64,000 bases of DNA. Source: Octopus sinensis. Lineage: Eukaryota. Where the stretch lies: assembly GCF_006345805.1 (NCBI RefSeq), contig NC_043004.1:64480001-64544000 (forward strand), given 5' to 3'. Position numbers and translations under genes: made by a program. Every line of letters starts with the position of its first letter. Position 1 is the stretch's first letter. Below the pieces are notes generated by a model. The model searched no databases. It had not been told where the DNA came from and saw only the letters and a list, made by a program, of their open reading frames with translations. Positions 50,722 through 63,627 of the stretch are shown piece after piece.

Positions 50722-50988
50722 GTGTATGTATGTAGGTATGTATGTACGTATGTATGTAGGTATGTATGTACGTATGTATGTAGGTATGTATGTACGTATG
50801 TATGTAGGTATGTATGTACGTATGTATGTAGGTATGTATGTACGTATGTATGTAGGTATGTATGTACGTATGTATGTAGGTATGTATGTAGGTATGTATG
50901 TACGTATGTATGTAGGTATGTATGTACGTATGTATGTAGGTATGTATGTAGGTATGTATGTAGGTATGTATGTACGTATGTATGTATA
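50722..50988. repeat. Higher-order minisatellite of 12-bp units TATGTATGTAGG / TATGTATGTACG
   Basis: Mostly strict alternation (24-bp period) with a few doubled AGG units. Confidence 0.95.
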
Positions 50989-51839
50989 TTGGATCATCCC
51001 ATAAATAATGTGTTTTTTTATACTTCTTTTATTTTTCAATTCATTTGTCCATGACAAAAATTACTCCTCCAGTACTGTTCTGACTTCATCTACAGAATTC
51101 ATATGATTTCAAAGACTGCAGAATAAATGATAATCCGATGGGGCAATGTCCAGTGAATATGGTAGGTGTGGAATCGTTTCCCATTCAAACTGCTCCAGCC
51201 TTTGGAATGTCATCCTCGCTATATGTGGCTGAGCATTATCCTGACAGAAGGATGCCTTTCATCTTGAAACCAAAGATGGCTGTTTTCCTTCTAACACTGA
51301 ATTAAGCCATTCAAGCTGCTCATGGTAGATCTCCTTTGTTATCATTTGGTTTGAGTTTAAAAGTTCAAAGTAGATTAAACCTTGCATATCCCACCAAATA
51401 AATAACACCTTATGTGGGTGAAGACCTTCTTTAGCCTGGGGTGCTGGTGTTTCTTCTTTCCCTACCCACTGTCTTCAGTGCTTGGCATTTTTATAGAGAA
51501 CCCATTTCTCATCACCAGTCACTATTTGAGCCAAAAAAGGTTTAGCAAAGAAGAGCACACATTCACTCTGTGTGCAATTAGGCACGGAAAGTTTGCATTG
51601 CTGTCGTTATTGAACCCATAAAGCAAAATATGCCGAATATGCTCCTTTGTTACTTCCATTATTGCTTTGAAAAAATAACTGTTAAAATCGAACTGCACTC
51701 TTCAAAATTTGCACTAAGAATAAGGTTTTATTACAATTACTACCTGCTTTTATAGCAAGTTGATGCAGGTAGTTTAATCTGTCCCCCTCTGACTTTTAGT
51801 TCATGCAATTGAAAAAGACCACATTATGAGATGACCCAA
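50989..51839 (-). mobile_element. Internally deleted mariner (DD34D-type) with both TIRs and TA TSD
   Basis: IVTGDEKWVLY, LHPHKVLFIWWDMQG, QDNAQPH and HLPYSLDIAPSDYHLF motifs with stops and frameshifts; N-terminus MEVTKEHIRHILLY; TA at 50987-50988 and 51840-51841. Confidence 0.93.
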
Positions 51840-52613
51840 TATGTATACATAAGTATGTATGTTTATGTATGTATGTATATATGCTTGCATTTATATGTAT
51901 ATATTATGTGTATGTGTGGATATGTGCAAACACACACACATACACAGAAATACCAGCATACAGTTATACACATTTGCACATGCACACACACACACACATG
52001 TTCAATAAGCATACAGATATTGATCATTATAGATATACCAACACATTTGCAAAGTCTCACACACACACACCACACATATGCTCAACAGACATACAGATAT
52101 GTATATTTATACAGAAATATCAATGTACTCAATTGTATGTCAATGTGTATTTGGGAGCATGTTGACATACACACACACACATACACACATACACACATAC
52201 ACACACACACATACACTCTTACAAATACGTCCATATATTTACAAACATACACATGTGTATACAAGGTTTACAGATACACATTTATGCAGATATACTAACA
52301 CACTCACAAAGGTACTTACACGCATGCACGCATACTCATGTGCATTTACACACACATGCATGCACGCCACTCTGTCAGGCTTGAGATAGCCCAGCCCTAG
52401 TGAGCAAAGGCCACTGTGTTACTCCAAATACCATCGTGACACATCTCTTGGGCAATTGTCAACAAAGGAGACTGGCCATTGTGCATATACAGGAATAAAT
52501 TACCACATTAATACAGCCATGCATTAAAACCATCATCCCACATGATCATTATCACCATCACCACCACTACCACAATCAATGCTGCTGCCACTGCCACCAA
52601 GGTCAACGCTACC

Positions 52614-53136
52614 TTGTTGTTGTTGTTGGCATCCTTTTTGTCCCGGGAGACAATGGAGTTGTGCATAAAATAATCTAGTCCACCTTTTACATTTCATGTC
52701 CTAATACATTTCCTGCTGTGGCTGTGTAGTCCTATCCGGACAAACACTCCCTCTGGCAGGTGCCGCAAATGTAGCGAAGAATGTTCCTGGCTGGTTGTAA
52801 TGTCATAGTTTCTTGTTGACGTCTTTTCTTGCCTTTCCATTTCTCCTCTCTCTCTCTGTCACTCCTTTGTGTTCCCTTTTTTACGGTACGTCGCCAGTCT
52901 CCACGGTTGCCGGCAACTGCCTCCCATCCTCTAATAATGATGTTGCAGGCCTTCATGCCCCTTTTGCAAACATCCTTGTAACGTAAGAGCGGTCTACCCA
53001 CAGACCTAGTACCCCTAGCAAGCTCTCCGTAGAGTATGTCCTTGGGGATTCTGCCATCTTTCATATGGCTAACATGTCCAAGCCATTTCTCATACGTCTT
53101 TGTGTGAGGAGTGCAAACAGGCTTGGTATTCCTGCC
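52614..53136 (-). mobile_element. 5'-truncated RTE-clade LINE 3' end (ORF C-terminus + 3' UTR + (CAA)n tail)
   Basis: GIPSLFALLTQRR..WLGHVSHMKDGRIPKDILYGEL...GRPLLRYKDVCK...YICGTCQRECLS(R)IGLHSHSRKC; tail ccattgtctcccgggacaaaaaggatgcc(aac)n. Confidence 0.9.
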
Positions 53137-53814
53137 ACCACGATTATCACAATCACTACCACCATGTTCACTGCCACCATCACAATCACTGTGGCCATCA
53201 TTGCCACCACCACCACCACTGCCACAGTCACAATCCCCACAATCACCACTACCACCATCGCCACAACTGCCACTACCAGAATCACCACCACCACTGCAAT
53301 CGCCACCACCTCCACCACAATCACAAGTATAGCTTGGTAACATGTACCATGCTTTCACTAATGGTTTGAGGTGCCTGTATAGTTAGCTATGTACAGACAT
53401 AAGCACTCTCGCCATTCTCCTATCCAGCAGCACATCCATGATGTGATAGAAAGGAAAAGAGATGCCTGCATCAGCACTCAACTGAGATGCAGTTTCAGCC
53501 AAAGCAAACTGGAGCAATGTGGAATGAAATGCCTTGCTCAAGGACAAAAACACTGCCTGTTCTAGGAATCAAAATGATGATATAATAATTGTAAGCCAAA
53601 ACACCTTAACCACAGGACCACACACTGTCATACTCACACCCACACATACATATATGCACACACACACACACATCTATACATATGGCCTCTTTTCATTTAT
53701 GCCTGCAAATTTCCAGTCCAGAGCTCAGGCTTAAGCAATGTTGTTCTTTATGGATCACCAGTTGCTGCACATACTGTTCAAGCCAGTCAAAGGTGGATAT
53801 AGTAATTTTTGGTT

Positions 53815-54519
53815 CCTCATCGTCATTTAACATCCATTTTCCATACTGGGATGAGTTGGATGGTTTGATGGAGAGTTTCACCAGGCTTCAGTTGTCTGTT
53901 TTAACATGGTTTCTGTCGCTAGATACCCTTCCACATGCCAACCACTTTAGAAAGTGTACTGGGTGTTTTCTACATGATACCAGCACAGGTGTTTTTTACC
54001 TGGTGCTAGCATGGGTGCTTTTTCCTTGACACTGGCATGGGTGCTCTTTCTGTGGTGCAGGCAAAAATGCTTTTTATGTGGCCCCAGTACAAGTGCTTTT
54101 TACGTGACACCAACACAGGTGCATTTTATGTGGTACCTGTACAGGTGCCTTTTCCATAGAGCCAGCATGGATGCCTTTCCATGGTGCCAGCATGAGTGGC
54201 TTTCCTATGGGACCAGCACAAATATCTTTTCCATGGGGCCAGCATAAGTGCCTTTTCTGTAGGGCCAGCACAAGTGCCTTTCAGTGTGGCTAGCATGAGT
54301 GCCTTTTCTATAGGGCCAGCACAAGTGCCTTTTCTATAGGGCCAGCACAAGTACCTTTTCAGTTGGGCCAGCACGGGTAACTTTTAGGTGGACCTTTTCT
54401 GTAGGGCTAGTACAAGTAATTTTTCTGTGGGGCCAGCACAGGTAACTTTTAGGTGGGGCCAGCACAGGTGACTTTTCTGTGCAGCCAGCAAGCATACTTT
54501 TTATGTGGCACCAATAATG
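53815..54519 (-). mobile_element. Family F repeat with an expanded GC-richer minisatellite (ccagcacaagtgccttt...; units of about 25-35 bp)
   Basis: Start homologous to 15601 and 30296; more than 15 degenerate units between 53960 and 54515. Confidence 0.75.
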
Positions 54520-54521
54520 TA

Positions 54522-55053
54522 TTGGGTTGTCTGGAAAGTTCGTGCCAACTTCTAAAGGAAAGAAAAAGGTCATTACAATCAGCCAAATGTGAACCATTTT
54601 GTTGCACAATGCGTCTCCGTCTTTCCTTTAACTTGAAAATATCCTCTTCCCAGAATTGAGGTGGTTTCATGGCAAAGAATTCATCAAGGTATCTTTTTAC
54701 ATTGAATTGAAATTTTTACCCTTAAGACTATTCTGCAGAGATCTGAATAAGTTGAAATCTGAAGGAGCAATTTCTGGTGAATATGGATGGTGGAGTAACA
54801 CATCCCAGCTGAGCTGCAGCAATTTTTGTCTGGTTCCCAAAGCATCAAGTGCCGAAAATAAACTTTCTTATCTTCCATTTTAAAGGGTTTCAAAATTAAC
54901 ACAGCTTATAGGAACATAAACCTTCTTCCACGAAAAGATACTGTGCTCTAAATGGAGGTGTAGTCAAATCCTATTTTATCGACTCAACCATGTTCTAAAA
55001 TAAGTTGAAAGGTAAGCTACTATAAATCAGCGCGAACTTTCCGGACAACCCAA
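54522..55053 (-). mobile_element. Internally deleted mariner with both TIRs and TA TSD
   Basis: TIR TTGGGTTGTC(T/C)GGAAAGTTCG; MEDKKVYFRHLMLWE fused to TRQKLLQLSWDVLLHHPYSPEIAPSDFNLFRSLQNSL...FWEEDIFKL. Confidence 0.92.
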
Positions 55054-55521
55054 TATTCTATGATTACACCAATTGCAGCACATGCTGATAGACTAATTTC
55101 TTAGTCACATTTTAAAAATCAAATGTGTACATCCTTTCTTGCACATGTGTGTACCTGTGTATATACAATGGCTAAAGTCAGCTGAATGAGGAGTACTCAG
55201 TACATGTTGAAGATTTCCTTTCTTTCCAAAACTGCAAGTTTGTCTCATGAATTGAGTTTCATTTTACTTTGATCTTCAAGCAAAGTCTCAGCAAAAGTAT
55301 ACATATTGTACATACAAACAACGTGCCTTTATAGCTCATAGTCATGCAAGTCTCCACCATCTTTTTCTCTCTTGATTGTCTAAGGTGCACCTATCTAAAA
55401 AAGCAGTATGTCTCACCTGTGTATGTAGCTCTACATCTGCCCTACAATGTCCATTGTTTGTTTACTTGGTGTGTGTGTCTGTGTGTGAGCATGTGAATTT
55501 ATATATGTATGTGTGTGTATA

Positions 55522-55552
<31 letters not shown>

Positions 55553-55651
55553 AATACACATACACACACATGTATGTGTATATAAATGCAGTTACGTTTG
55601 TACATGTTTATATATATATATATATATGCGTGTGTAAATGGTGTTCATATA

Positions 55652-55691
<40 letters not shown>

Positions 55692-56695
55692 TATATATAT
55701 ATACGTGTGTGTGTGTTTATGTGTGTCTCTCATTCCCTTTATATACATAGATGCAGACAAATAGACAGGTAGATACAAACTCACACACACAGGTAAGGCT
55801 GTCACCTGCCGTCCACACTCCCTCCCTCCCCACCACCTACCCCGTCCAAACCACTTCCAACCCCCTAACCACACCCTCTCACACTTCTACTGGTGGAGAA
55901 AGGGTGTTAAACATTAAATAGCCATGTGTCTGTGTGCATTTGTGAATGAGTGCAGGTGGGCGGTCGGGGGGGCCGTGCGTGCATGTAAAGCCAATCGTTG
56001 GTTTTATTCAGTGGGTCTCACCTTTCCAACCTCCCCCCCCCACCGCACCCCAATTTAGTAGCTACTAGTGGTATATAAGTGTTGTTTGGTTGAATGGTGA
56101 TGGTGGTGGTGGTGGTGGTGGTGGGGCGTGTCATGGTGGTGGGGGGGGGTCGTATTGGAGTCTAGCAATTGTCATCAACCAGCTGTCTGTTCACACTCTG
56201 CTTTACCTTACAGATCTTGTTAGCTGCCTTCAGGAAGAAGGAAGTGATGGTGGTGGTGGTTGGTGGTGGTGGTGGTGGTTGGTGGTGGTGGTTGGTGGTG
56301 GTGGTGGTGGTTGGTGGTGGTGGTGGTTGTTGGTGGTGGTGGTGGTGGTTGGTGGTGGTGGTGGTGGTTGGTGGTGGTGGTGGTGGACTCGTGCATCCAC
56401 ACACAAATATGTGTGTGTATGTATGTGTGTGCATATAAATGTATGCATGTATGTATATGTATGTATATATATATGTATATATGTATGTACGTGTGTGTGT
56501 GTGTACGTGTGTGTGTGTGCGTTACTTTGTTTCAGTCATTGGATTGTGGCCATGCTGGGGCACTAGTTGATTTTAAGTCTGGTACTTATTTTACTGGTCT
56601 CTTTTGCCAAAAGTGCTAAATGGCAGAGACATAAACAAACCAATACAGGTTGTCAAGCACCAGAAAGTACTTACACACACACAAATACACACACA

Positions 56696-56726
<31 letters not shown>

Positions 56727-57100
56727 CACACACACACATTCACATACTTACACATGTTTATATGTATATATTCAACAGGCTTCCACACAATTTCCATCTC
56801 CCAAATCCATTTGCAATGCTTTGGTCAGCCCAAATAAGCTCCCATTTACACTTACACACCACAATAGATTCTCACACGTACCCAATGGCACACAGGGGGA
56901 AGGACAGTACCATGCACAGGTGTTTAATACCAGATGGATTTACATTTAAACTCGTTGCTTGGTTTTTTTCTCTGCATGACCGAATCTCAAGCAACAACAC
57001 CTGAGAACAATGCCAACATCAGCTGACCATTGAAGGCCAAGTCTGCCAGCCCAGGCTACAGTGGTTTGGCCACAGCACCAGAAGACAACCACAGCAACTG

Positions 57101-57310
57101 TGGAGGCACAATGGCCCAGTGGTTAGGGCAGCAGACTCGCGATCACAAGAATGCGGTTTCGATTCCCAGACCGGGCATTACAAGGATTTTATTGAGCAAA
57201 AACACCTATGAGGCTCTGGTGGGGCTCTGGTGGGGCTCTGGTGGGGCGTAGTGGTGAACCCCATTGTACTCTTTCACCACAACTTTCTCTTACTCTTTCT
57301 TCCTACTTCT
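57101..57310 (+). mobile_element. SINE family E with internal (GGCTCTGGTGG)x3
   Basis: Homologous to 29972-30283. Confidence 0.85.
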
Positions 57311-57399
57311 GCCACAAAGCAGAGGAACCATGGTGTAACCCAATATGGTGTGGTAAACTTTCAGACCCTAGTCTAGATTGCGAATCCCTAACCCAGGAT

Positions 57400-57790
57400 G
57401 GTTCAGCTCTCCATCCGTTAAAAGTCACCATTTACGGAATGAGGATAACAAAGTAGCTTTCATGCCCAGTCTATCGCATGTGGTGGGTGGATCTTCAAGT
57501 TGTCACATGCATTCTTAGTAGCTTAGAGTAGGCTCAAATAAGAGATTATTCTTTGTGGCTAATGGCATGAGACCTTATTGGAAGAAGACGAAGACCACCA
57601 CCACCACAGCAACTTTTGTGGTGGCAGTGATCCATGCTGCACCAAAGAAGTCATAGGCAAAACAAATTGAGGAAGACCTGAAGTTACAGCTCCTTGATCT
57701 TGAGCATGCTAAGGCCAGCACCATGGAGCAGAAAGCGTGGAATAGCATCATCACAAGAGTCCATCATCCAGCAGCCCCCAAAGCAGTAAT
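57400..57790 (+). pseudogene. Possible highly decayed LINE ORF C-terminus
   Basis: APKKS*AKQIEEDLKLQLLDLEHAKASTMEQKAWNSII resembles the GRPKKTW...EDL...DR..W end of RTE-type ORFs; weak. Confidence 0.35.
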
Positions 57791-58442
57791 TGGGTGAAAG
57801 GACTGCACCCCGCTCACTCCATTCTCCGGTCGCCACCAAAGGATTAAAGAAGATAAAATCAATGTGTGAACAAAGAGCATGCACCTTGTGAACAAACCTC
57901 CTTTTGTTCACAAGGTGCATGCAAACACTCACACACATGCCTTATGTGGTCATTGAGTGCCTTTAAAGGGAGTCCAACAGGCCTCTAGTTTGTAAAAAAC
58001 CCTTTTTTTTTTGGAAGCCTTGAAAAAAACAGGGGTTTAGACTGCCCTCTTTTCTATCATCCTCATCATCTCTGACTGTAATATAAAAATCAGTCTTACT
58101 GTGACCATTGTTAATAATAAATAGTCACCACCACCACCACCCTCATCAACACTAACAAATGATAACCAACCTTGCCATGACCAACACCACTAATCACCAA
58201 CATCATTACCATCAACATGACACCACTATCATTATCAATCTTGCCATGACCACCACTGCACCATCACCATGGTTGCACAATACCAACACCATCCACCACA
58301 CAGACACCACCATTGATAATAAAACTACCACCATCAATCCACCCCATACACCATTTCACCAGACACTATCCCTCACCCCACTCCATTCATATGGGTCGGT
58401 GGTGGGGGCTACAAATTGATTGGTGGGGTTGTGGTGATGATA

Positions 58443-58477
<35 letters not shown>

Positions 58478-58997
58478 GTAAGTCATTGTACTATATACCA
58501 GCTATACTATAGTGACCAACTGACTACCACTGTCCTCCATCACCACCACCACCTCCTTTACTACTACTACTACTACTACTACTACTAAAAAGTTATTGTA
58601 GTAGTAGCAGTCATAGTCTAGTAAGAAGAGGAGTGAGTAAGGGATTACATCATGTTGTACCTAACTACCAACAGGTGTTATTGGTGATGGTAGTGGTGGT
58701 GGTGGTGGTGGAGGAGGTGGGGGTTATTGCTTTCAACAGTGGTAGTGGTCTTGATAGTGATGTTGGTGTTGCTAACTATGGTAGCGATGGTGCTTGGGGT
58801 GGTGGTGGTGTTGGTGGTGGTGGTGGTATTGCCATGACTTCAGGTCGACCCAGTTACATAGCACTTGGTTCAATGACATCACATGGAATTGAACTCGGAG
58901 ACTTTGTATTCGCAAAACAGTATTAACAGGCCATGTCTACCTGCATCCAGGGACTTCATGTCACATCTGCCTGTATGTGTAATTATTTATATTTATA

Positions 58998-59035
<38 letters not shown>

Positions 59036-59883
59036 ATATGTACACATACACACATACGGACATACACACACACATATATATACACACACTCACACGTGCG
59101 CGCACACAGGATGTTATCCATAAAATATCTTTACAATATCTACACTTTCATACTCTAAACTGTAAAGGTAATTTATGAACAACCTGTGTGTGTGGGTGTG
59201 TGTGTGTGTGTAATGTATATACACACAAACGCACACTCACTCATTCAATGAGGTGGTGGGAAAGAAGAATGACTAGTGTTGCAGTGTTGTATTAGACAAA
59301 GAAACATTACTATATCTAAAAACAATAAAACAAAATAGCTGGAATACAACTCACCCCACCCCACCTTCATAGACACTCATTTCCTTAACAAAAAACAACA
59401 ACAACAACAACACAGCAACAACTAATAATAATAAAAATAATAAAAATAAAAATAATGATGATGATGATGATGATAATAATAATAAAAACATCCACAATTA
59501 ATAACAAAAGCTGATCAAAATAGAAAACTAAAAAGACCAGGCACGTTACGTATCACATACTGGATAACCAATGTACAAAATATATATTTATATATATAAA
59601 CACAAGACATATATGAGTGTATGTATGTGTGTGTGTGTGTGCATATATCTATGTATATGTGCAGTTGTGTATACAGATATATCTGTATGTATTATAATGT
59701 TTATACCTGTATATATATTTGCATATTATACGTGTGTTTATGCAGGTACATCTGAGTATATATTATATATACACACAATTTTGTATTATATAAATCATGA
59801 TGCTAACATATCAATATATATATATATATATATATATTATATGCATGATACATATACGTATATTATAGTCTATATATATATGT

Positions 59884-59926
<43 letters not shown>

Positions 59927-61071
59927 TATATATATGTATATATTTATGTATATATAGTATATAGTATATATGTATACATATATGTATACATATATGTATA
60001 ATATTGTATGTATATATAGATATGTGTATATATATAGATGTATATACATATATGTATGTATATATATCTATGTATATACATATGTATGTATATATATATA
60101 TATATATGTATTATATATATATGTATATATATATATGTATATATATAGATATATATATATATATGTATGTATGTATCATGCGCATACCATAACAATACAC
60201 AGCTATGTGTGCAGTAAGTGTATAGTGAAACAAAGAGGAAATATCTTGCTGTTATCTTATGCATTATCTCTCCCCTACTTAAGGTGTCTTACGTTTGATG
60301 AGGATTACATCACACACACACCACACACGCACACACACACACACATAACTACACTAGAGTATGTATGTATATGAGCATATGTATATGCATGTGTGAAGTT
60401 GTGTGCATGTGTAAGTATATATATATATGTGTGTGTGTGCGTGTGTGTGTTTGACTGTGGAGGTGTAAATATGTATTGTGAGTATGTGTTTGTGTACAAT
60501 CAAGTAATCTACATTGTTTTATTAGCACAATGCTTAATTGCACACACAACATCATTCATATATATATATATATATAATATCTATATATATATATATATCA
60601 TATATATATATATATACTCACGCAAAACAGAATATAAGAATTTTATAGAAAATATGTAACTGCAATAAGTCTATTTGTATTCTTCTCAACACCAAACACA
60701 AATAGTTTCTCAATTTATACAAGAATATTTTATACATACACACACATATATAAATGTATGCACATCTGTGTGTGTGTATATATATATCTATATATATATA
60801 TATTATTACGTTTATTTATATATGTATATATCGATATATTAAATATATACACATATATCATATATATATATATAATATATACGTTTATATATATATATAT
60901 ATCGTTTATATTATATAATATATCTATATATATACATATACATACACAACAATATATATATGTATATAGTATACGTTTATATATATGTATATATCAACAC
61001 ATACCTATGCGTATATATAAATGCACACACACATCACATATTACATCACTCACTCACACATATACACATGC

Positions 61072-61109
<38 letters not shown>

Positions 61110-62345
61110 TAATACTATATTATATAGTATAAATGTTCCTATGTATTATTTTTTCCTTGTTTTTCTTCTTTCCTTTATTTTCCAGCCTATAATCATTAGT
61201 AACTGTGATAAGAATTCTTCCAGGAATATCCGGATTCTAAAGAAATGGATTTTTGTATTTCTTTTCTGTTTCCGTTTCCATTGTTTTTTGTTTTTGGTTT
61301 TTTTTTTTGGTTTTTTACTTTTTGTATTTCTTGTTATCGATTCTTCGCGAGTATTTTTTTTATATATATTTTTATATTCATATTTTTTTTAATTCTTGGT
61401 TGTAGTTATTACATCTTCGTGTTGGATGTTATGTTTTAATCCCACTTTTTATTAATTTATGTGTGTATGTATATACATACTTATAATTATATCATATTCA
61501 CACACCACACACACACGCACACACATATTCATGCTTACAAATATATATATATATATATATATATAGAATATATATATATAGGCACAAACATATATTTATG
61601 CTTATGTATCTACCCATGTATATATATATACACTCACACACACAAATATGTTTATGCATTTATATATATATATATGTATATACATACACACACCTTCAAA
61701 CATGCATATGTATATATTTATACACACATTCACACACACACACACACACAGAAATACACTTAAGTGTGTGTGTTTAACTCTGTCCTCTCCTTAATATTAT
61801 GCCAGCAATTGTGAGTGAATTAACGTTAATAGTTTGTCCAAGTCTACAAGACTGACAAGGTTGTCTCCCTTGTTTTACACAGCATCCATAGTCTACCTTT
61901 ATCAACTGATGGATAAAGATAGCGATGATGTTAATGATTCATGAAGCTGGTGTGGATGATGATGCTTTGGGTGATGATCATTACGATGATGATGATGAGA
62001 ATGGTGGTATTGTTGATGATGATGATGATGATGATAATGATGCTAATTTTGTCTGCCACATTTCTTTCATTATTGAACATGCATCTGTATAATTGCGTAG
62101 ATGTACATTTTTTGCTTTTAAAGTATGCAGGTATCATGTATGCACACTCATATCTGTACATGTGCATATATATATATATACATATACATACATCCATACT
62201 TATATATATAGACATACACACACACACATATATGCATATATATACATCCATACATACACACGCATACATATGAATGTTGTGTGTGAATCATATATGTGTG
62301 TGTATGTATATATATTATATGAATGTGTGTGTATATGTATATATA

Positions 62346-62860
62346 CAGGGTGCATAAGATATTTGAGGACAGATTTATGTTTATCAAAAAACTGATATAT
62401 AATAACAGATAATAACTTTATTTATCAAAAAAATGCTTTGAGGATAAAAAATAAACCTTCTTTTCTATAATGTTTATTCAATAAAGCCACCCTCAGCTTC
62501 AACAACTGCTTCTATATGAGATCTAAATCATTTACATGCTCAAATCAAGTGGTCCTGGTTCATTTTGGATATTACTCTGACTATGGCAGCTTTCAAAGAA
62601 TCTTTGGTGTTACAGGCGTGTTCATTGCCCTCTCTCTGAACAATGCTTCACATGTAATAGTCCAATGGATTGAGATCTGGAGAATTAGGAGGCCAAATGT
62701 TAGAGGTTGTGTGATCGTGAAAATTTTCAGTCATCCATTCCTGCATTACTAGATCCATGTGTGATAGTGCAGAGTGTTACTGAAATACATATGGCCTTCC
62801 ATTGCATACACTGTCTATCCAGGGTTGTCCAGTACTTAATATCTCTTGACATGACAGAAA
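62346..62860 (-). mobile_element. Tc1/mariner-superfamily (maT/DD37D-like) transposon 3' fragment
   Basis: PWIDSVCNGRPYVFQ*HSALSH...WPPNSPDLNPLDYY...ACK*FRSHIEAVVEAEGGFIE*; TA+CAGGGTG terminus at 62344-62352. Confidence 0.88.
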
Positions 62861-63171
62861 TATATTTACTAAATAACAAATTACATAACGCAGAGCATAG
62901 ATATAAATTTTTTTTTTTTTTTCAAGTTTCTAACATTTGGAGATAACCTCAAGTTATTGTAAATCATAGTGGAGAAAAATACCAAAGTAAAATAAATAAC
63001 CAAGAAATCCAAGTATTCTCTGGAGAATTCCATATCAAAGAATATGTCTTGAGGGTCACATCTGAAGAAGAGTTAATACAAGAAATATAATAACTACAGA
63101 AACTCAATAAGTTTAAGTAGGCAGGGAAACCAACTTAAGTGAAAATAGCTTTCGTCTGAGCATATGTTGAT

Positions 63172-63218
<47 letters not shown>

Positions 63219-63334
63219 CACACGCACAAATATATATGCATGTTTGTATTAATATGTCTTTGTTGTGTGTATAAATGCATGTATGTGTGTGTATACACAT
63301 GTAAGCGTGTATGTATGTATGTTTGTTTGTTCCT

Positions 63335-63627
63335 TCTCGAGCCATGCCTGGCTCATAAGGACCGATTTCCTTGTTTCCTTGGCATATAGGTTCCCCACCT
63401 GGATGAGATACCGGTCCATCGCAGGTGAGCTGCAAGATGCCAGACGAAAGAGTGAGAGAAAGTTGTGGTGAAAGAGTCAGCAGAAGTTCACCATTACCTT
63501 CTGCTGGAGCCACACGGAGCTTAGGTGTTTTGCTTATAAACACACACATTGCCCAATCTGAGATTCGAACCCATGATTCCTCGACCATGAGTCCGCTGCT
63601 CTAACCACAAGGCCATGTGCCTCCACA
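63335..63627 (-). mobile_element. tRNA-derived SINE (family E-like head)
   Basis: Reverse strand ggaggcacatggccttgtggttagagcagcggactc...ggttcgaatctc; shares the gagaaagttgtggtgaaagag module with family E. Confidence 0.8.

Noticed and set aside
50722-50988. CRISPR-like or coding repeat (YIRTYIPT ORF)
   Set aside because: There are no unique spacers and no cas genes, the context is eukaryotic, and it is a simple higher-order microsatellite.
52591-53140. ctgccacca as TSD of the RTE fragment
   Set aside because: The left copy is 14 nt away from the tail, and both lie in (CCA)-rich low-complexity sequence.
52732-53358. 208-aa ORF as a host Gly/Cys-rich protein
   Set aside because: It is a chance fusion of a (GGT/GAT)n tract to a frameshifted RTE LINE C-terminus.
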